From Auanema rhodensis (lineage: Eukaryota; Animalia; Nematoda): a DNA stretch of 64,000 nucleotides. Where the stretch lies: assembly GCA_964057225.1 (NCBI GenBank), contig OZ059896.1:10602001-10666000 (forward strand), written 5' to 3'. Shown in pieces: positions 12,311 through 27,230 of this stretch. Positions within the stretch are counted from its first letter, which is position 1. Each line of letters begins with the position of its first letter. Both the position numbers and the translations under genes were made by a program. The notes beneath the pieces are model-generated. The model saw only the letters and a list, made by a program, of their open reading frames with translations. It searched no databases and was not told the origin of the DNA.

Positions 12311-14390
12311 ATTCTCTCTTTGTCTATTCTCTTTTTTTTGTTCTCTTTCACTATCTCATTCTCTATTACTCATTCCTTTCCTTTTGATACTTTTCTTATT
12401 GATTCATCCGTACACAAACATTTCGCTGTCGATTTTCCTCTATTATAATATGTTTAATAAAATGTCCAGAAAATACCAATTCTATTTAAACAGTTTCTTC
12501 TAATCCGCCTTGATCTCACCTTTTCAAACTTTTCTCAGTAATTATATAGAATTTCTCAATTTTCGACATCTTCTATACTATCGTGTGATCTTTAACTATG
12601 TTATCTCAAACTGGGAATAAATGTATTTGAATTAAATGTTTGTTGTTCTTATTATTTTAGCTGTTATTTAATAATAATTTATAAATAGGCTATAATTGAA
12701 TAAAGAAGTGTGCTGGCATCTCTATTCGACGACATCAAGCCTGCTATCATATCTTTTATTTCTTCAATTTTCGTTTTTATTTTCAAATTTAAGATATTAC
12801 TTTTTTCATCATTTTATATGTTATGAACTATTTTTTCCTTATATAATTCATATTCATCATCGGCTGATTTTTTTTAAATGCGGCAACTACAAATTGAGGT
12901 AGCACACTGTGATGAATCAATTATTTAACATTTGAGATACGCCAACGCGTAAGCCTGTTTAGTATGGAGGCAGTTGCCCTTTATTCTATCTGAAGTTATA
13001 GTTCTCTTCCTATATCACATCACCTCCGAATTTCCATATATCATTCTCATTATTCTCTCTTTCTATTTCTCTCTCTCTCTCTCTCTCTCTCTTTTCTCTC
13101 TCTCACTCTCTTTCTCTCTTTTCTGCACTCAAACTATCTTCTCGATGTCGACCCTTATCCATATCGAGTTAATCTTCCTGTCCCTCTCTTTTTCTCTTTT
13201 GCGGTTTTATGCTGACTCCTAACAAGCATATACACTATCAATCATGTCACCAAAGCGACAATGTGATGTCCCATGAAACATCTGGTATATTTTAGCCGCA
13301 ATAAAAATTACTGTTTCATTGACTTATTTCTATATCTTATTCATCTTCAATATGTTTATTTATGGATATATTCACTAGTTTTATTCAATTATTCTATTAT
13401 GTTGCTAATAGTTTATATTGATAACAGAGCACGCTTTAGATGAATTATATTTGCTCTCATCGCAATCGATTAACTGTTTGGTTTGGTGTAGGGCGCGCCC
13501 CCCCCCCCTCCTCAACCACCATAGGGTTGTCGGTGTTTCCTCTTTGTACATTATTTCCAGCCCTCTAGGAGATACCGTCATAAGTTATAAGATTTTCATC
13601 TTTTCAAACTTGTCTTCTTTTATAATTTCATGATAGCATCCCATAATGAATTATCCTGTATTTGCGTACATAAATAGATGTAGTGACTTTTGATGTGTTC
13701 GTTTGGAAATTCATTACCACACCCTAAGCTGACAACAAAAGACTACCGCTCTAGAAAATTAAGCCAACAAATGTATCAGGTTCATCTTTCTATGCTGTTC
13801 ATCCTTTTTTCTCTTGAAAAATTGAATTTTTTAAGAGAGTATTTTTTGATTTATTGCTTTGATTTCTTCTTGTATTCGCTAATACGTATATTGCCAGCGC
13901 CTAGCTATATCCCGCAACCAAACTAGCTGGTCCTCGCCCACTATTCTCTCTATCTCTCCTAGTTTTTGTTGAATATCCTCGTTCTCTCTGTTTCTCGCCG
14001 TTTTCCTCTTAGACCACTCTTCTTTTCGTCTTTTACCTTGCGGTCAATTCTCACTAGCTGCAACGCCCTTTTCACGCATAAATGATTTGCAGCAGCTGCT
14101 GCTGCCTTGTATAGCTCGTCGATTTTTCTGACCTTTTGTCTCAATATTCTTGCTCTTTTTCTGTATTTGCGTTCGAATTTCTCGATTTCCAATATCATTT
14201 AAATGTGTCGAAGAATCCCATATGATTGATTCTTCTTCGTTTCCAATTAAATTTCGCTGACGAATTTCTTTCATGTCTGTGTGCGTATACGTGGTTAGAG
14301 TTACCAAGGTCATTTTACCTATTTAGGCAGTCAGCAGCTCCCTGTTCTCTTCACTTATGTTTCTAACAAATAAAATTCAAAAAATCTGAT

Positions 14391-17300
14391 ATGGATAGTA
14401 GTACAACATCCATAATTCCCTCGAAAAATGTTTCTGCATCGGTACAAGTAGCCCTCAGGTTTGTTTTTGTTTTCTTTATTATTGATTTATTACATGAAAT
14501 ATTATATTTATTTGAAATTAATTGCTTTTCTCATTTTGTCTTTAAGTTTTTATTCTTTTTTGCTATAGCGATCATTATGTTGTTAAGAAAATCAATGTTT
14601 ATAGTCCCAATGAAATTGCAAAGTTTGAAATTGTTGAAAATTTAATAATTTCAGGGTGAGACCACAGGGTAATCGTGAAAAACTCGAAGGAAGTAGAGTA
14701 TGCACTTCAGTAGTTCCGAATGAACCTCAGGTATGTTCTTTTATATTTTTACATTTTGCGGTAGATGTTTATCTGTGATTCTTCTTTAAGGTCACCATTG
14801 GAGGGGATCGTTCTTTCACTTATGATTATGTTTTTGATCAACCAACAACCCAACAACTCATTTTTGACTCATGTATTCATCGGCTCGTTGCGGGCTTATT
14901 TGATGGATATAATGCTACGGTTTTGGCATATGGACAGGTCTTTTTTGAAATTATTGTTTAATATTGAAAGCATAAATTATTCAGACTGGCTCTGGTAAAA
15001 CATATACCATGGGAACAGCATTCGATACTGGATTGATTAAAGAAGGAGAAGTTGGAGTTATTCCTCGAGCTATTTCATTTGTTTTTGAACAAATCGCCAA
15101 TTTAAAACGCGAAGCGCAAGAAAATGGCATTTTAGAACCAACATTTGATGTAGCCGTTCAATTTATCGAGGTTTGTTTGCATCTTTAATATAAAACTGTT
15201 AATATGAACAAGTTTTAGTTATATAACGAAGAAGTAATTGATTTACTAAGTGACGATCGTGCATCATCAGCTAATGTTAGGATACATGAGGATAACAGGG
15301 GAGAAATTTATCTTCATGGAGTTACTGCTAAACCTGTTCAAGATTTACATTCGGTTTGTACTCATCAATTATGAAAATTTTCATGAAAAATTATTCAGAC
15401 AATGGAAATTTTGAAAAATGGAGCTTTGAACAGAACTGTTGCTTCTACTAACATGAACGAACAATCCTCACGTTCTCATGCAATTTTTTCTTTGCACATC
15501 AAACAACAACGAGTAATACCAAGTGAAGGAGAAGACATGGGAACTGTAATTTACCTATTTCTAACGTAAACTAATTATTGATATTCAGGGTGCAACTGAG
15601 GTTGAAGTTATTTCTGCCAAATTTCATTTTGTCGACTTGGCTGGTTCTGAACGCTTAAAGCGTACAGGTGCGACAGGAGATCGAGCTAAAGAGGGAATAA
15701 GTATTAATAGCGGATTGGTTAGTGTTTAGCATTTTTTCATTATTTTCATTATATTATGAATATTATTTATAAAAAAGTATTAATTTAAATTTTAGCTTGC
15801 TTTGGGTAATGTAATCAGTGCCTTGGGTGGTGCAAACGGTAAAGTTGGCCATGTACCATATCGTGATTCTAAGTTAACAAGACTTTTACAAGATTCCCTT
15901 GGTGGAAACAGGTCGTTTATAACATTTAAAAATGGTAATATTTATATTTTTATTTTAGTCAAACATTAATGATTGCTTGTGTATCACCTAGTGATAGTGA
16001 TTTTGTTGAAACTTTAAATACTATGAAATATGCAAATCGTGCTAAAAACATCAAAAATAAGGTAAAGGAGACTTCTTATTTATCATCTTATAATTATAAT
16101 AATTTAGGTGGTTGCTAACCAAGATAAGTCTTCTAAATTGATAGGTGAACTTCGCGGAAAAATTGCTTCACTTGAATCAGAATTACTCGAGTACAAGCAA
16201 GGTCGTCGATCTGTCGACGCCAATGGACTTGAAACAATCAGTGATCAATATCACGAAAATGTTATGCTTACAGTAAGATAATGATTGCTCAGATTACATT
16301 AGCATTTATTTTATAGGCTGAAGTTAATCAACTTCGGTTTCGAGTTAAAGCTCTGCAAGAGACAAATGAAATTCTTCGAGGTAGAAATGTTGAGCTCATG
16401 GCGGCTAAAGATGCCGTGCTGCTTAGTGGTGTTAGTGGAGATGGCTCTCGAGGTTTTTCATTAAATGTTAATACAGTTGACACATACATTTAAGAAATAA
16501 TGAGTGAATCTGGTGAGCAGTTGGATCCTGTTCAAGCTACAATTAGAAATTATCTCGAGGAACTTGAAAAAACTAGATCTGCATTGTACGAATCTCATGC
16601 CACTTCTGATCAATTAAGAAAAGAAGTTGCACGATGGAAAGCTCAGGTATAACATTATTATTCAAACTGCTCATAATCGTTTTTCTTAGGCTCTTGCTGG
16701 GGGTACATCTATCTCTGCCACTGCACTTAGTGCGGATAGTTCTCCGTTTTCACCAAATTCGTTCAGTCAGAGGCAACTTATTGATGAAGCCAAGGCTGAT
16801 TTAGAAAAAATGAAGAAAGTTGCAGGGCCAAACACTTCTATAGTCAATGATTGTAAGTTTTTTATTATCTTTCTTTTATATTATCATGATTTTTAATGTT
16901 GAGCAAGTGACATCATAAATGAAATAATCTTATGTCTATATCGATTTTCAGCTACATCTGATTATGCATCACATGGTGAAACTATGGATGATTGTGAAGA
17001 TGGTACAAGCAATGACGCAGACGATCTTGAATCAGATGATGATGAAGCAGAAGGAGATGATATGGTGTTTGAGGAAACTAGAGAAAGCTGTATGCTTCGC
17101 GACAATCTTAATGATCTTCAAACTGAAATTGGTATCAAAGAGCGGTAATATCTATTTGTTGCCTGATTTGTATTATGCTCAACTGTTTGTAGTCTGATTA
17201 GCGAATTGGAAAGATCTGAACGTCGTTTAGCTGAAGTACGACTCACTTATGAGAAAAAGCTTACGGAACTATCTCTGCGTATCAAGCAAACTGAAGCAGA

Positions 17301-20300
17301 AAGAGATCGTATACTTTCTGATGGTACACCTAAAAAGAACGATAAAGCTAGTCAAGAACAAGCTAAAGTGAGCATCATAATCTGCTTCATCTATTCTATT
17401 TTCATTCTTGTTTTCAGAGAATACGAGATGAGTACGAGCGCAAGCTTACTGATATGAAGAATGAGTTCCGTAAACTTCAAATGGTTGAAAAGGAGCACAA
17501 ACGTATGCAAGCTCGACAGGAAAGAGAACGACAAGAGCTAGTTAGATACCAGGCAGAATTGAAAGAACTCAAAAAAGTTAAAGTATGTTTTTCCTTTCTT
17601 TTCAGAACTGACTTTGTTTCTTTTAGGTCGATCTAATGAAAAAAATTCGCGATGAACTGAAAAAAGCACAACAGGTCTCCATGAGCAACTCCAAAAGACT
17701 GGCCAAATTAGATAAAGAAGCCAGGTATGCTGTATTCCTTTTGTCTCAATTTTTTCAAAATCCTTGTTTTTAGAATTAAAGAGAACAAGATTCGTCTCTT
17801 AGAGAGTAAGGACAAACAGCGTGAAGAATACATGAAACGAACAAATGAGGAAATCAGTCGGTTACGTAAAGCTCAAAGAGAGCAAGTTAAACAACAGGTT
17901 GAATATTAGAAGACTGGGAAGTTTCAATTTTATATTTTCATTTTAAGGCTCGTCCCGTATCTACTCCTCTTCGCGGAGGACCCGTTGTTCGGCAAAACCC
18001 ACGGCAAACTCCTAGAAGAAACGGTCAACCACCACCTGAAATGACGTTCTCACCAAAACATGCCAAAATCAAATGGAATATGATTGAGAAAAAGGTAAAT
18101 CTATTAGTTAACGATGACACTTTGTTCTATTTTATATATATATATAATTCATTATTTACTTTCAGTTGACCCGTTTAATTACTCAGAAACAAACAGTAGG
18201 CAAAATGGAAGAGGAACTAGCTCGACTTTTAAAGGAGAGACATACCCTAGTTGATGAGATAAGTCACCTGGTTAGTAATTACCACTTGAGCGCTTGTTTG
18301 GTTTGTAACTCATTTCAAAATATGTTTTCCAGGAAAAAAAATTTGCATCCAGCCAAATGTTGGAACGCGACGACATAATGGAAGAAATTGATGGAGTTCG
18401 TCAGAAGCTCTCATATATCCAGGATCAGATTACTGAAGTCCAGACTTCTATTGTGGATGTAGATACGACTAAGGTATGTTGGTATTCATTTTTCTTGGAA
18501 CTTCTTCTTTGAAACAAACTTTTTGCTACAAATATATCTGAATTCCTTTCAAATCAATTTGAAGAAAAATAGCGTTTGGGATTAAGATGTTGCATTACAT
18601 ATGTGAGTTTATATCGAACATATTTAAAAGGTAAATATAGTTCATTTAATATTCGAAATCATGGAGGCATACTTGTTGTCAATCAAATGATTGAACTATT
18701 ATTATACAATATATTTTAATAATTACGGTAGATTACCGTACGTAAATGAACCGGAATATATAAGTATATTACATATGGCAATAGATCCTTTTGTCATAAA
18801 TGCTGAGAGAATTCATTCAATACATTAGTGAGCAGCTCAAAGGGGTAGCGGTCGAAAGAAAAGCAAAAGTAAAAGTAAAACATTTTTTTTGTTAAAGGTC
18901 AGAAGTAGCAGTAATAATAATAATAAGGAGAGCTGTTATGTGAAAAAGAATAAAGGAGAGGGAATAGAGCTAATACTTACTGTTTTTGATTACTCTATTT
19001 ATGCCCTACTTCTTGTTCAACAATCATGATAAAAGTGAATTTGACATGTAGAGTAAGTAACAGTATAGAACAGCAAATGTAATTAAAATCTTTTATGCGA
19101 AGACATTTCCGTATTTATCCAATTGTTAATGAAGGCCTTGTTTTGTCTCCAACCACAAGTACCTGAAATACTTATTTTTTCAAAATGTGTAATTATTGAT
19201 CTTCAATGCTCAAAAGAAATAAACAAGTGAGAAGATTTCGAGTGAAATGAAGGGATAGCTAGCAGTTGCCAGTATACGTGATCGATGTGAATGTTCAAGC
19301 TTTTGCCGGCTATGCTTTGACTGTTCAGAGATATATTTATCTTTGATGTGCGAATTGTTAAGATGGATGAAAAAAATAATAACTAAGCTACAAAGCTTGT
19401 ATGCTAACCTGAGAAGGGCTATCATCAGTGCCGAATCCAGCAGCTGAAATGGATTTTTTGCTGACACGTGCTCCGATGGTCGAACGACGTTGTGAAAGAT
19501 CGGGTAAACATTCAGGTTCAGGAGGACTTAATTGCTCATTTAATAACCGTAATGTCGCCTTAAACTCACTTTTTCGCCCTTCTAATCGTCATTACCACCA
19601 AACTTGTAAACACAACAGCAGAAATGGCGGCTGCTCCTGGATAAACTACTCGTCTCCATCCGCTTTCATGACTAAAAGCTGCTAACCATATACAAATAGC
19701 TATACTTATTAGTGAACCCATTATGCAAAGAAACATCTAAAAAAAAGTGAAATGTGTATGCGTCCTTATTGTTTGTCTTATTGTTTTAATAGCCTCGACT
19801 CACATTCCTCCTTCAAAATATCTTAGTATTTTTATTTTTTTACTTTTCACAAATATTGCCACAGAATGGTTTACTTCTATTGCTGGATCGTATAAAGTTG
19901 TTAAAAAATGCTCAATTTGCTTGAAACATGAGATGGAAGAGGATATTTCAACTGCTTTCGTTGTGGCGACTAAAGCGCTGGCTACTCTGAGATCCGTCAA
20001 TCTGTTTTTTTCAAGCAAACTCCGAGAGTTTGGAATACTAAGAGGAAATGAGAGGATTCGATGAATGTGAGCCCGGAGACAGAAAAAATAAAACGCACCT
20101 GTCCACCGAAATTCATCCGAGAATGTGACTGCGAGGGTGCCGTCAATATCTGTTTGACTGGTATTTTTCCGTTGTAGCTGTCGCCAGAGAAGCTACCCTG
20201 AAAATATCCAAAATTGAGATTTTGAAGTAAGATTTTCGCGATTAGTTGTGTGGCAGCATGGGAATAGTAGAGCACGTCGAGACAATATTATGTAGACTAT

Positions 20301-23300
20301 AATCACATAACCACGCCACACTTTTATTTATTTTTTCATTTAATACTATATAGAAGCTATATTATATGAATGTCAATGAATGAAAATGTTATCTACTTCC
20401 GCCCGTAAATTATTAATTTTGGAACATTAGGCGAAACGATGGGAAATCTTTACGAATTTTTAGAAACTGGTGGTCTATAGGTAATTTGGATATAAATTAT
20501 AACACTTTTCTTTCTTTTGTACTGAAAACGTAATGATTACCTTCATTTGTATGCTAGACCTTTTGCGATCTGCGCTTAAGCTGTTGGAGCGTTGGGCTGC
20601 GTCTGTAGCCATTGTGAGGAATGCTAATGAAGAGAAGAACGTTTAGTTTTGATACTGAAAGCGAGGAATCCGTTGATTGTTAAGTGATATTCTGAAGAAA
20701 ATTAGTAAGAAGAGCAATTATGACAGTGGCCAATACAGATAGATACAGAAGTGTGTACATGTTGTACGTGAAAAGAATTTGGCAAACAAAAAGTAAAAAG
20801 AAGAAAATCTTTTTTATTTTTTGAAGCTATTGTATTTCAATGTAATGCCATGGAACAGTTTTTTCTCTTATTTACTCAAGTTAAGTAGCATATATTATAA
20901 ATATATAGATATATATTTATATATATATATATGTGTGTGTGGTCATAGCTCCCAAAAAAAACGGCAGAGATATCAGTAGGATAGTATTTATAATATTTAT
21001 ATTTCTAGTAGTATAAACGAAACAAGAAAAAAATGGAATTGAAAAGTCTATATCAGATAGCTGAGTCGAAATGGAGTAGCAATGAGACTATGCTAGACCA
21101 GAAAGAGGCAGAGAATGGGTGGAAAGATCTTCATTCTTTCTATGCGTTTTTCAACCACCCTCACCGGTGTAATGTGTGAGCCAGAAAGCTAGCTTTTTTC
21201 AAATACATACACATGATCAGATCTTGAATGATAGTGTGATAGATTAGTGGATAAATTGTCTCAGTGAAAGAAAAGGGAAGAGGATATAGATGAAGAATGA
21301 AAGACACACATATAAGAGTCATGAGATCACCTTTATCGTTTAAGAATATTATTTAATCTTTGAGATCTTTGCAAAATATTTCTGTTTTCTTATACTATTA
21401 GCATGACTATGATAAGAAATTTTAAGCAGAATCAATTATATTTAAACATGTTTTGATTTTATAAGAATATTCCAAATCCGTGTTTACAATGCGCTGCTCA
21501 GATTAACATGAGAAACATTGAGCTAGAATTTGGAATTCAATATCTATATGCAATGAAATTTGCAAATTAAAGGTTGCCTGGTTATGGAATAAACGATTTA
21601 GATTGAAGGTTAAATTGTTGTAAGGTTTAGAAGGAATGAGTAGAGAAAGGAGACAGGGCTGTGATTATCGAATGAGCTGTCTGCTGCCCTTGGGGGGGCT
21701 GTCACATGTGCCGGAGCTAGATGTCAACAACCGTCCACATTCACTGCTCCTTTGGGATTGTATTTATTTCTATATAATTTTCGTCTATAGTCACCTCAGT
21801 AATCTGTGGACCCACTGTTTTATTTTAGTTTTTTGGGTATATTGAGATGTGCATCTTTTCTAGATGAGGAATATGTTTTATTTAATCAAAAAGGGCTGAG
21901 AAAGAGCAAAGAAATAGAAAAGGTTTCATTACTTGTCCAAAATATGCTGCAAAGATTCAGTAAGCTGAGATAAGTAAAAGATAAATATATATTATGATGT
22001 AAACGGATTATATGTATTCTACATGGAATCATATAATATTTTTAGAGAACTTAATCATATACATTGATAGTATATGAAACTTTCATAAAGAACATTAATA
22101 ATCTGTTGGCTAATATATAGCTGAAAACGAATAATATTGGCAAGATTTGAGATTTTGTTAACAACAATAGAAAGATAACGGATCTAGAGTACGATTGAAG
22201 GAAAGATTGAAGTTCATGAAATAAAGTATGAGAATCAAATAAAAATTGAATGAAATATAGTAAATAACCAAAGAATTATTCGGAGTTTAAGACATAAAGA
22301 AAGAATGAAAAGGAGATATAAAATAACACACTGATTCTTATGTTTCAGGAAAATGGAGATGAAACAGATGATGCGGACTTCAACAGTATTGAGGCTATAT
22401 TGGAACATTGTTCAAACATAGTTGAAGCCAAGTATTTGTTGCAACATTTATTCAGTCACAGTTTGGAACAGGGAATTTCTGCCGCTAATTGCAAAGCTTC
22501 TAACCGAGTAAGTTATTTTCATGTCCAAATAAACAAGAAAAATTGAACAATGCGTAAATTTTAACAATTATCTAGTCATGATAAGTCAGTTAAAAAACTT
22601 TTTTTTTTTAAATTTGGGGGGGGTATAAACGCAAACTTTTCTCTTATTCCTTGTTTTTGAACATTTGTACAGAAAACGTTTAGTTTCAAAGTGAAGTCTT
22701 TGATAATTTCTAAAGCTAAACGTTTTTTTTCTTTTTTCTTGGCTTGTCATAGCGTTTAGGCGAGACTAATTTTTTTTTATTCTTTTCATTAACTCAAAAA
22801 ACAATTTATGAGCATGAGTATCGATGGCTTTTTTTGAAAAGTGGTCATTTTAACTTCAGTTGTCAATATTCTATTTCACTTTTTAGCTTTGTATTATGAT
22901 AGAAAGGAAGAACGATAATGAGCACACAATGACAAACCAATTAATTTCATTCAAATTCATCCATATGCTATGATGCTAGATTTTCGAAAAAAAAAGACGA
23001 TCATTGTGTGGAATGAAGAAGCAAATTTGAATTGAAGTTAAATGAATTGAATAAGAAAATATATTTTTGAAACTATTTATGAATTATATTAAGAAATTCA
23101 ATAGATAGTCTTTAAGAAAATATTCAAATAGTCATATTAAATGTTGAAAACAATTGTTGGTAAACGGTCGAGGAAAAGAATTGGACTAAACGGACAAGAA
23201 AGGAGATTAACTTCAAAAGATCTAACATCTCCATTTCCCTTGGGTGAAGTATGCTTTTCCTATGTTCTGAGATAACATATGAGCTATGAATCCCTTGTTA

Positions 23301-25386
23301 GAAACAAAAAAAAAGTATGAGAACACTTGAATATCATGAAAGATGACATTATATTGGAAACTCCAGAACGAAGAGAATAGTAAAATATATTTGAGGGGAA
23401 AGTGTGCGCGATTTCTAATCCATTGAGCGAAGAGTTCGTTCTAGCTTTTTACTAGGTTCTTCTTATACTTTCTTAAAGGCAAGTGATTGTCCTTTCCAGT
23501 ACGAAGCACTATTTGTATCAATGTTCTAATTTCTACTTTTCTTCGTTTTACTCTTCATATTGCCTCAGTTGTTTCAATGTTTAGAAGATTGCAGAGTACC
23601 GGAAAGAAGTTCCGACGTTTGAGAGATACATGTGACTGATAAATCTAATAACTTGTTTTTACAAATCATGGTTTGTTTAACAGTTTCGGGGAGATATGCG
23701 GAAGCATTCTAACAAATTTCTGCCTTTCTTTCACATGTTTGTGAACTGTGGCAGTTTAGAGTTAAGTAACAGCATGTGCAAATAGGGAATAAGAAAATTG
23801 TTTTGGCGTTCTCCTTGAGTATATATCTGGAGTGGATTTTAAAAGAGTTTCTTGGATTCACCATGCTTCTCATATTATTTTATTGTGAACTATCAAAGGT
23901 AGTTTTTGAAGGGTGTAGTTGTTTTTGGCTTACTACTCATACTAATTATCTGCTTCTTCGTAGGATTTTCACTTCAAAAACTTACTACGGTTTTTCAAAA
24001 ATATAACAACTGACTAGTTATCGTTTTAAGTCGTTGTCGTTTTCCTAATTTCCCCTTTACTAATTATTTCTATTTTGTTTCGTAGCGCTTTTGATAAAAT
24101 GCTGGAGGAAGTTGAGGCATGTTTACGAGAGTAGTAAGAATAGCTCATAAACTAAACTATGTGAAATAAGTACGAATAACATTAACTATTGTCATGAATT
24201 ATCCGTTAGTTGAAAACATTTGATGATAGGTGAATGTTTTATTCCGTCTTATTTAATTTGCTAAAGAATAACTTCTCGTTAGATGTCCTAGAGCACTTGA
24301 TACAGAATAAGTGAGATCCAAGAAAAATAAATGATGAATTGTGAACAACTAGAAAATAGGAAAAACAGAATTCAGTGAGTGAAAAAAATAGAAATGGCTT
24401 TGCTAACATCATATAGAGATCGGTTTGGTCAACTTGAAATTAAGTTAGAAAAAGTGAGAGAAGAAAGGCAAATTGCTTTCGCAGGAATGCTTAAAATAAG
24501 AAAAATAAAGAGCACAATTGGAAATACTTGTAAGCCCTATGTAAAATTCTATCAGGCTGTGTTTGTAAATGTTTGAAGCTTAAAAATAGTGAAATAAAAC
24601 ATGAAGTAGGAAGGGAAGCACGAGTTCGGTGGCCCTTACGTCGTCCTTATGCTTCTACTGTCATTTAACACTGACCCGATTTACTGTTTCACTCTGTCTT
24701 AGCACGCTTTTAACGTTGGAAGAACAGCTTCTTCTTTCCCCCCGAAGTACAAATCGAAGAGTGCGTGTTTAGCCTTCTTCGTCGGCGGAAAATAAGCGGC
24801 ACAAATTGGACAAACTTCTTCACAGAACTGAGCAAAACATGCATAGTGAGATACTTGAAGCATGATCAGTGTGAGTGCGTCGAGTATTTAACCACTAGTT
24901 TAAAGCCTTCTCTGAAAAAAAGATGAGCTTCAAATTTCATAGTTTGAGAGTTCATGGTCGACGGACTTCTTTAATGTTTTCCGTTTTTGTTTCAAAAAAA
25001 AAAGAAAAAGGGTAGCTTGGGTAGGCCCTTGGCTCTCAAATTTTATTTTGATAGTTTCATATTATATATATTAATATAATATTACCAAAACTGATTATAC
25101 TTTGTTATCACCATCACCGGTATGTTTTCATGAATAAGTGCAAGTTTGAAAGAATAATTGAGTTACTAAATGAATAATGAAGATAAGATAGAAAATACGA
25201 AATAAAAAATGTGATGAAAAGAAAATCCATTCGATGAAATTAAGCAAACTACTGTTGAAGTGGGATAAGTAGATTGAAGGAATTAAAGTGAAATAGAAAG
25301 AGAAAGAGAGAGATACGAGAAAAGTCTATTATCTATGTTGCACACATAGATGTAAGCATAACTAAAGATTATGATTATAAAATCTC

Positions 25387-25428
<42 letters not shown>

Positions 25429-27189
25429 ATGATATGATATATCATAAAATATAATGCTAATTTCAGGAACTGGAAGCTAAAGTGCAACATCTGGAGCAGC
25501 AATCATATATTAATGAGCAGCTTCTTTCAACTGTGATCGAGGATAAAAGCTTAGGTACGCTACAAATTTTTGTATTATTTTGGAAGTTATTCAGTATTAT
25601 TCTTAATACGGAGAAATCAAATTTTAATTTCAACTTGCACAAAGCATAAGATGTTGAGAATATGTCTTTCTATCTCTCTCTCACGTGCGCTTGCAATTCA
25701 AACATTCAATTGCTAACAAGTTCTATATCAATTCAAAAAAATAGATGATTATATGAAGAATGCACAGGAGTTTTTCAAATTTGATTGAAATTCATATATG
25801 GAAGAATATATTTAAAAATTGAAACACATTTTTAGATATTTTTCAATATTTTGAATATATTATTCTGGTTAAAAATCGAGGAGAATAAACGAAAAGCAGC
25901 ATGAGTAGAGAGAAAGGTATAATGAGTAGCTAAATAATGGGAATTTTTCATATATCAGCTGTTGATATCTGTCTTTTCGTTCGCACTAATAGTCGGCTGT
26001 TATATGTTCTAAAAATATTTTCTGGGCTCTGATCTTTCTGCTGATTTTCCTCAAGGCTTGTGGGTACAAAATTTATAACTAATATTTCCGGATCAGAGTG
26101 ATAACCGCAAGGGCAAAGTGAGGTCAGAGAAACGTATAGGAATTCATAAGCTTGAGAAAGGTTCGAAAGTTTCGAGAGAATAAAGAAGAAACGTATCAAA
26201 TGATTCATTCTATGGTGGCCACATTGAGGGACCATATAGCTGTAGTCCGGATGGGGTGTGACAAGCTCAATGAATAGTTGTTTTGCCTCTCCCCTCCAAG
26301 CTCCGCCCGATTCTTCTCTCTTAAGCGTACTGAACTCGCCGAGAGTAAAGTCTTGTAGAACAATTGAAAAGACAAAACGTTAACGATAACTCAAGAAGTA
26401 AGTGAGCCGTTGTTCGATGAAAAGGAATAGTTGGTTTGTAAGATTCGGTCTTGAAGTCAGTCTTGCAGCTTGAGAAAATTGCCTTCTGAACCTTTTTATG
26501 CGACTCCCTCTCATTTGGCTGCTCTCTTCTTTTCATCTTTTTTGTGGAAAGATGTCATCATGACCTAATTGCAATTTCTTGGACTGCAATCCCAGTCCAA
26601 AGTCTTGAATTTTGGCTCACACACGCAATCTATGCAAACAGCTTTTAATCAATAGTCTCTTTCTTACAAGCTCTGAGTACATGAAAATGTTTCAAATTCA
26701 TTCAGTATAATGATTGTTGAACCATAATTATATAAATTATTATAATAGCCAAATAAATCTTTATGAAAATAACAACAGCCACGGATATGAAGCCTTTATT
26801 CCGCTTATCAAAACGGAACCTAAATAATAGCCTGTTCAGCTTCCTTCCGTAGTTTGCTGATTACCCAAAATGGTTTTCATGGAAATTTCTTTCCTGAAGT
26901 TATATACATTGTCCAAACGTTCCAATGTCTTATGATTGGCAACTGCTAGTTGAACTAACACAAAAATTGTCAGAAGTAACGAATATGAAAGCTAGCGATG
27001 TGTGGATTATAATGCAGACATAATGCTTGACAAACTTAAAACAACAATTTGCAAAAGTAGTTGAATTATTCAGAAGCATTTGCACACATGTCTTTCGTTT
27101 ATTCTCTACTTGATGTTTTTATACCAAATTCAAAGTTGTATTAAAATTTTAAAAAAAAGGTTTTAAATCTTAAGTCTTTCTCTCTCTCT

Positions 27190-27230
<41 letters not shown>

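Noticed and set aside
12895-12917. TGAGGTAG let-7-family seed match
   Set aside because: No convincing pre-miRNA hairpin pairing the seed arm.
12227-13222. ORF-track entries with LSLSLS/ERERER/YIYIYI runs (also near 832, 28085, 52461, 57862)
   Set aside because: Translations of CT, GA and TA microsatellites, not genes.
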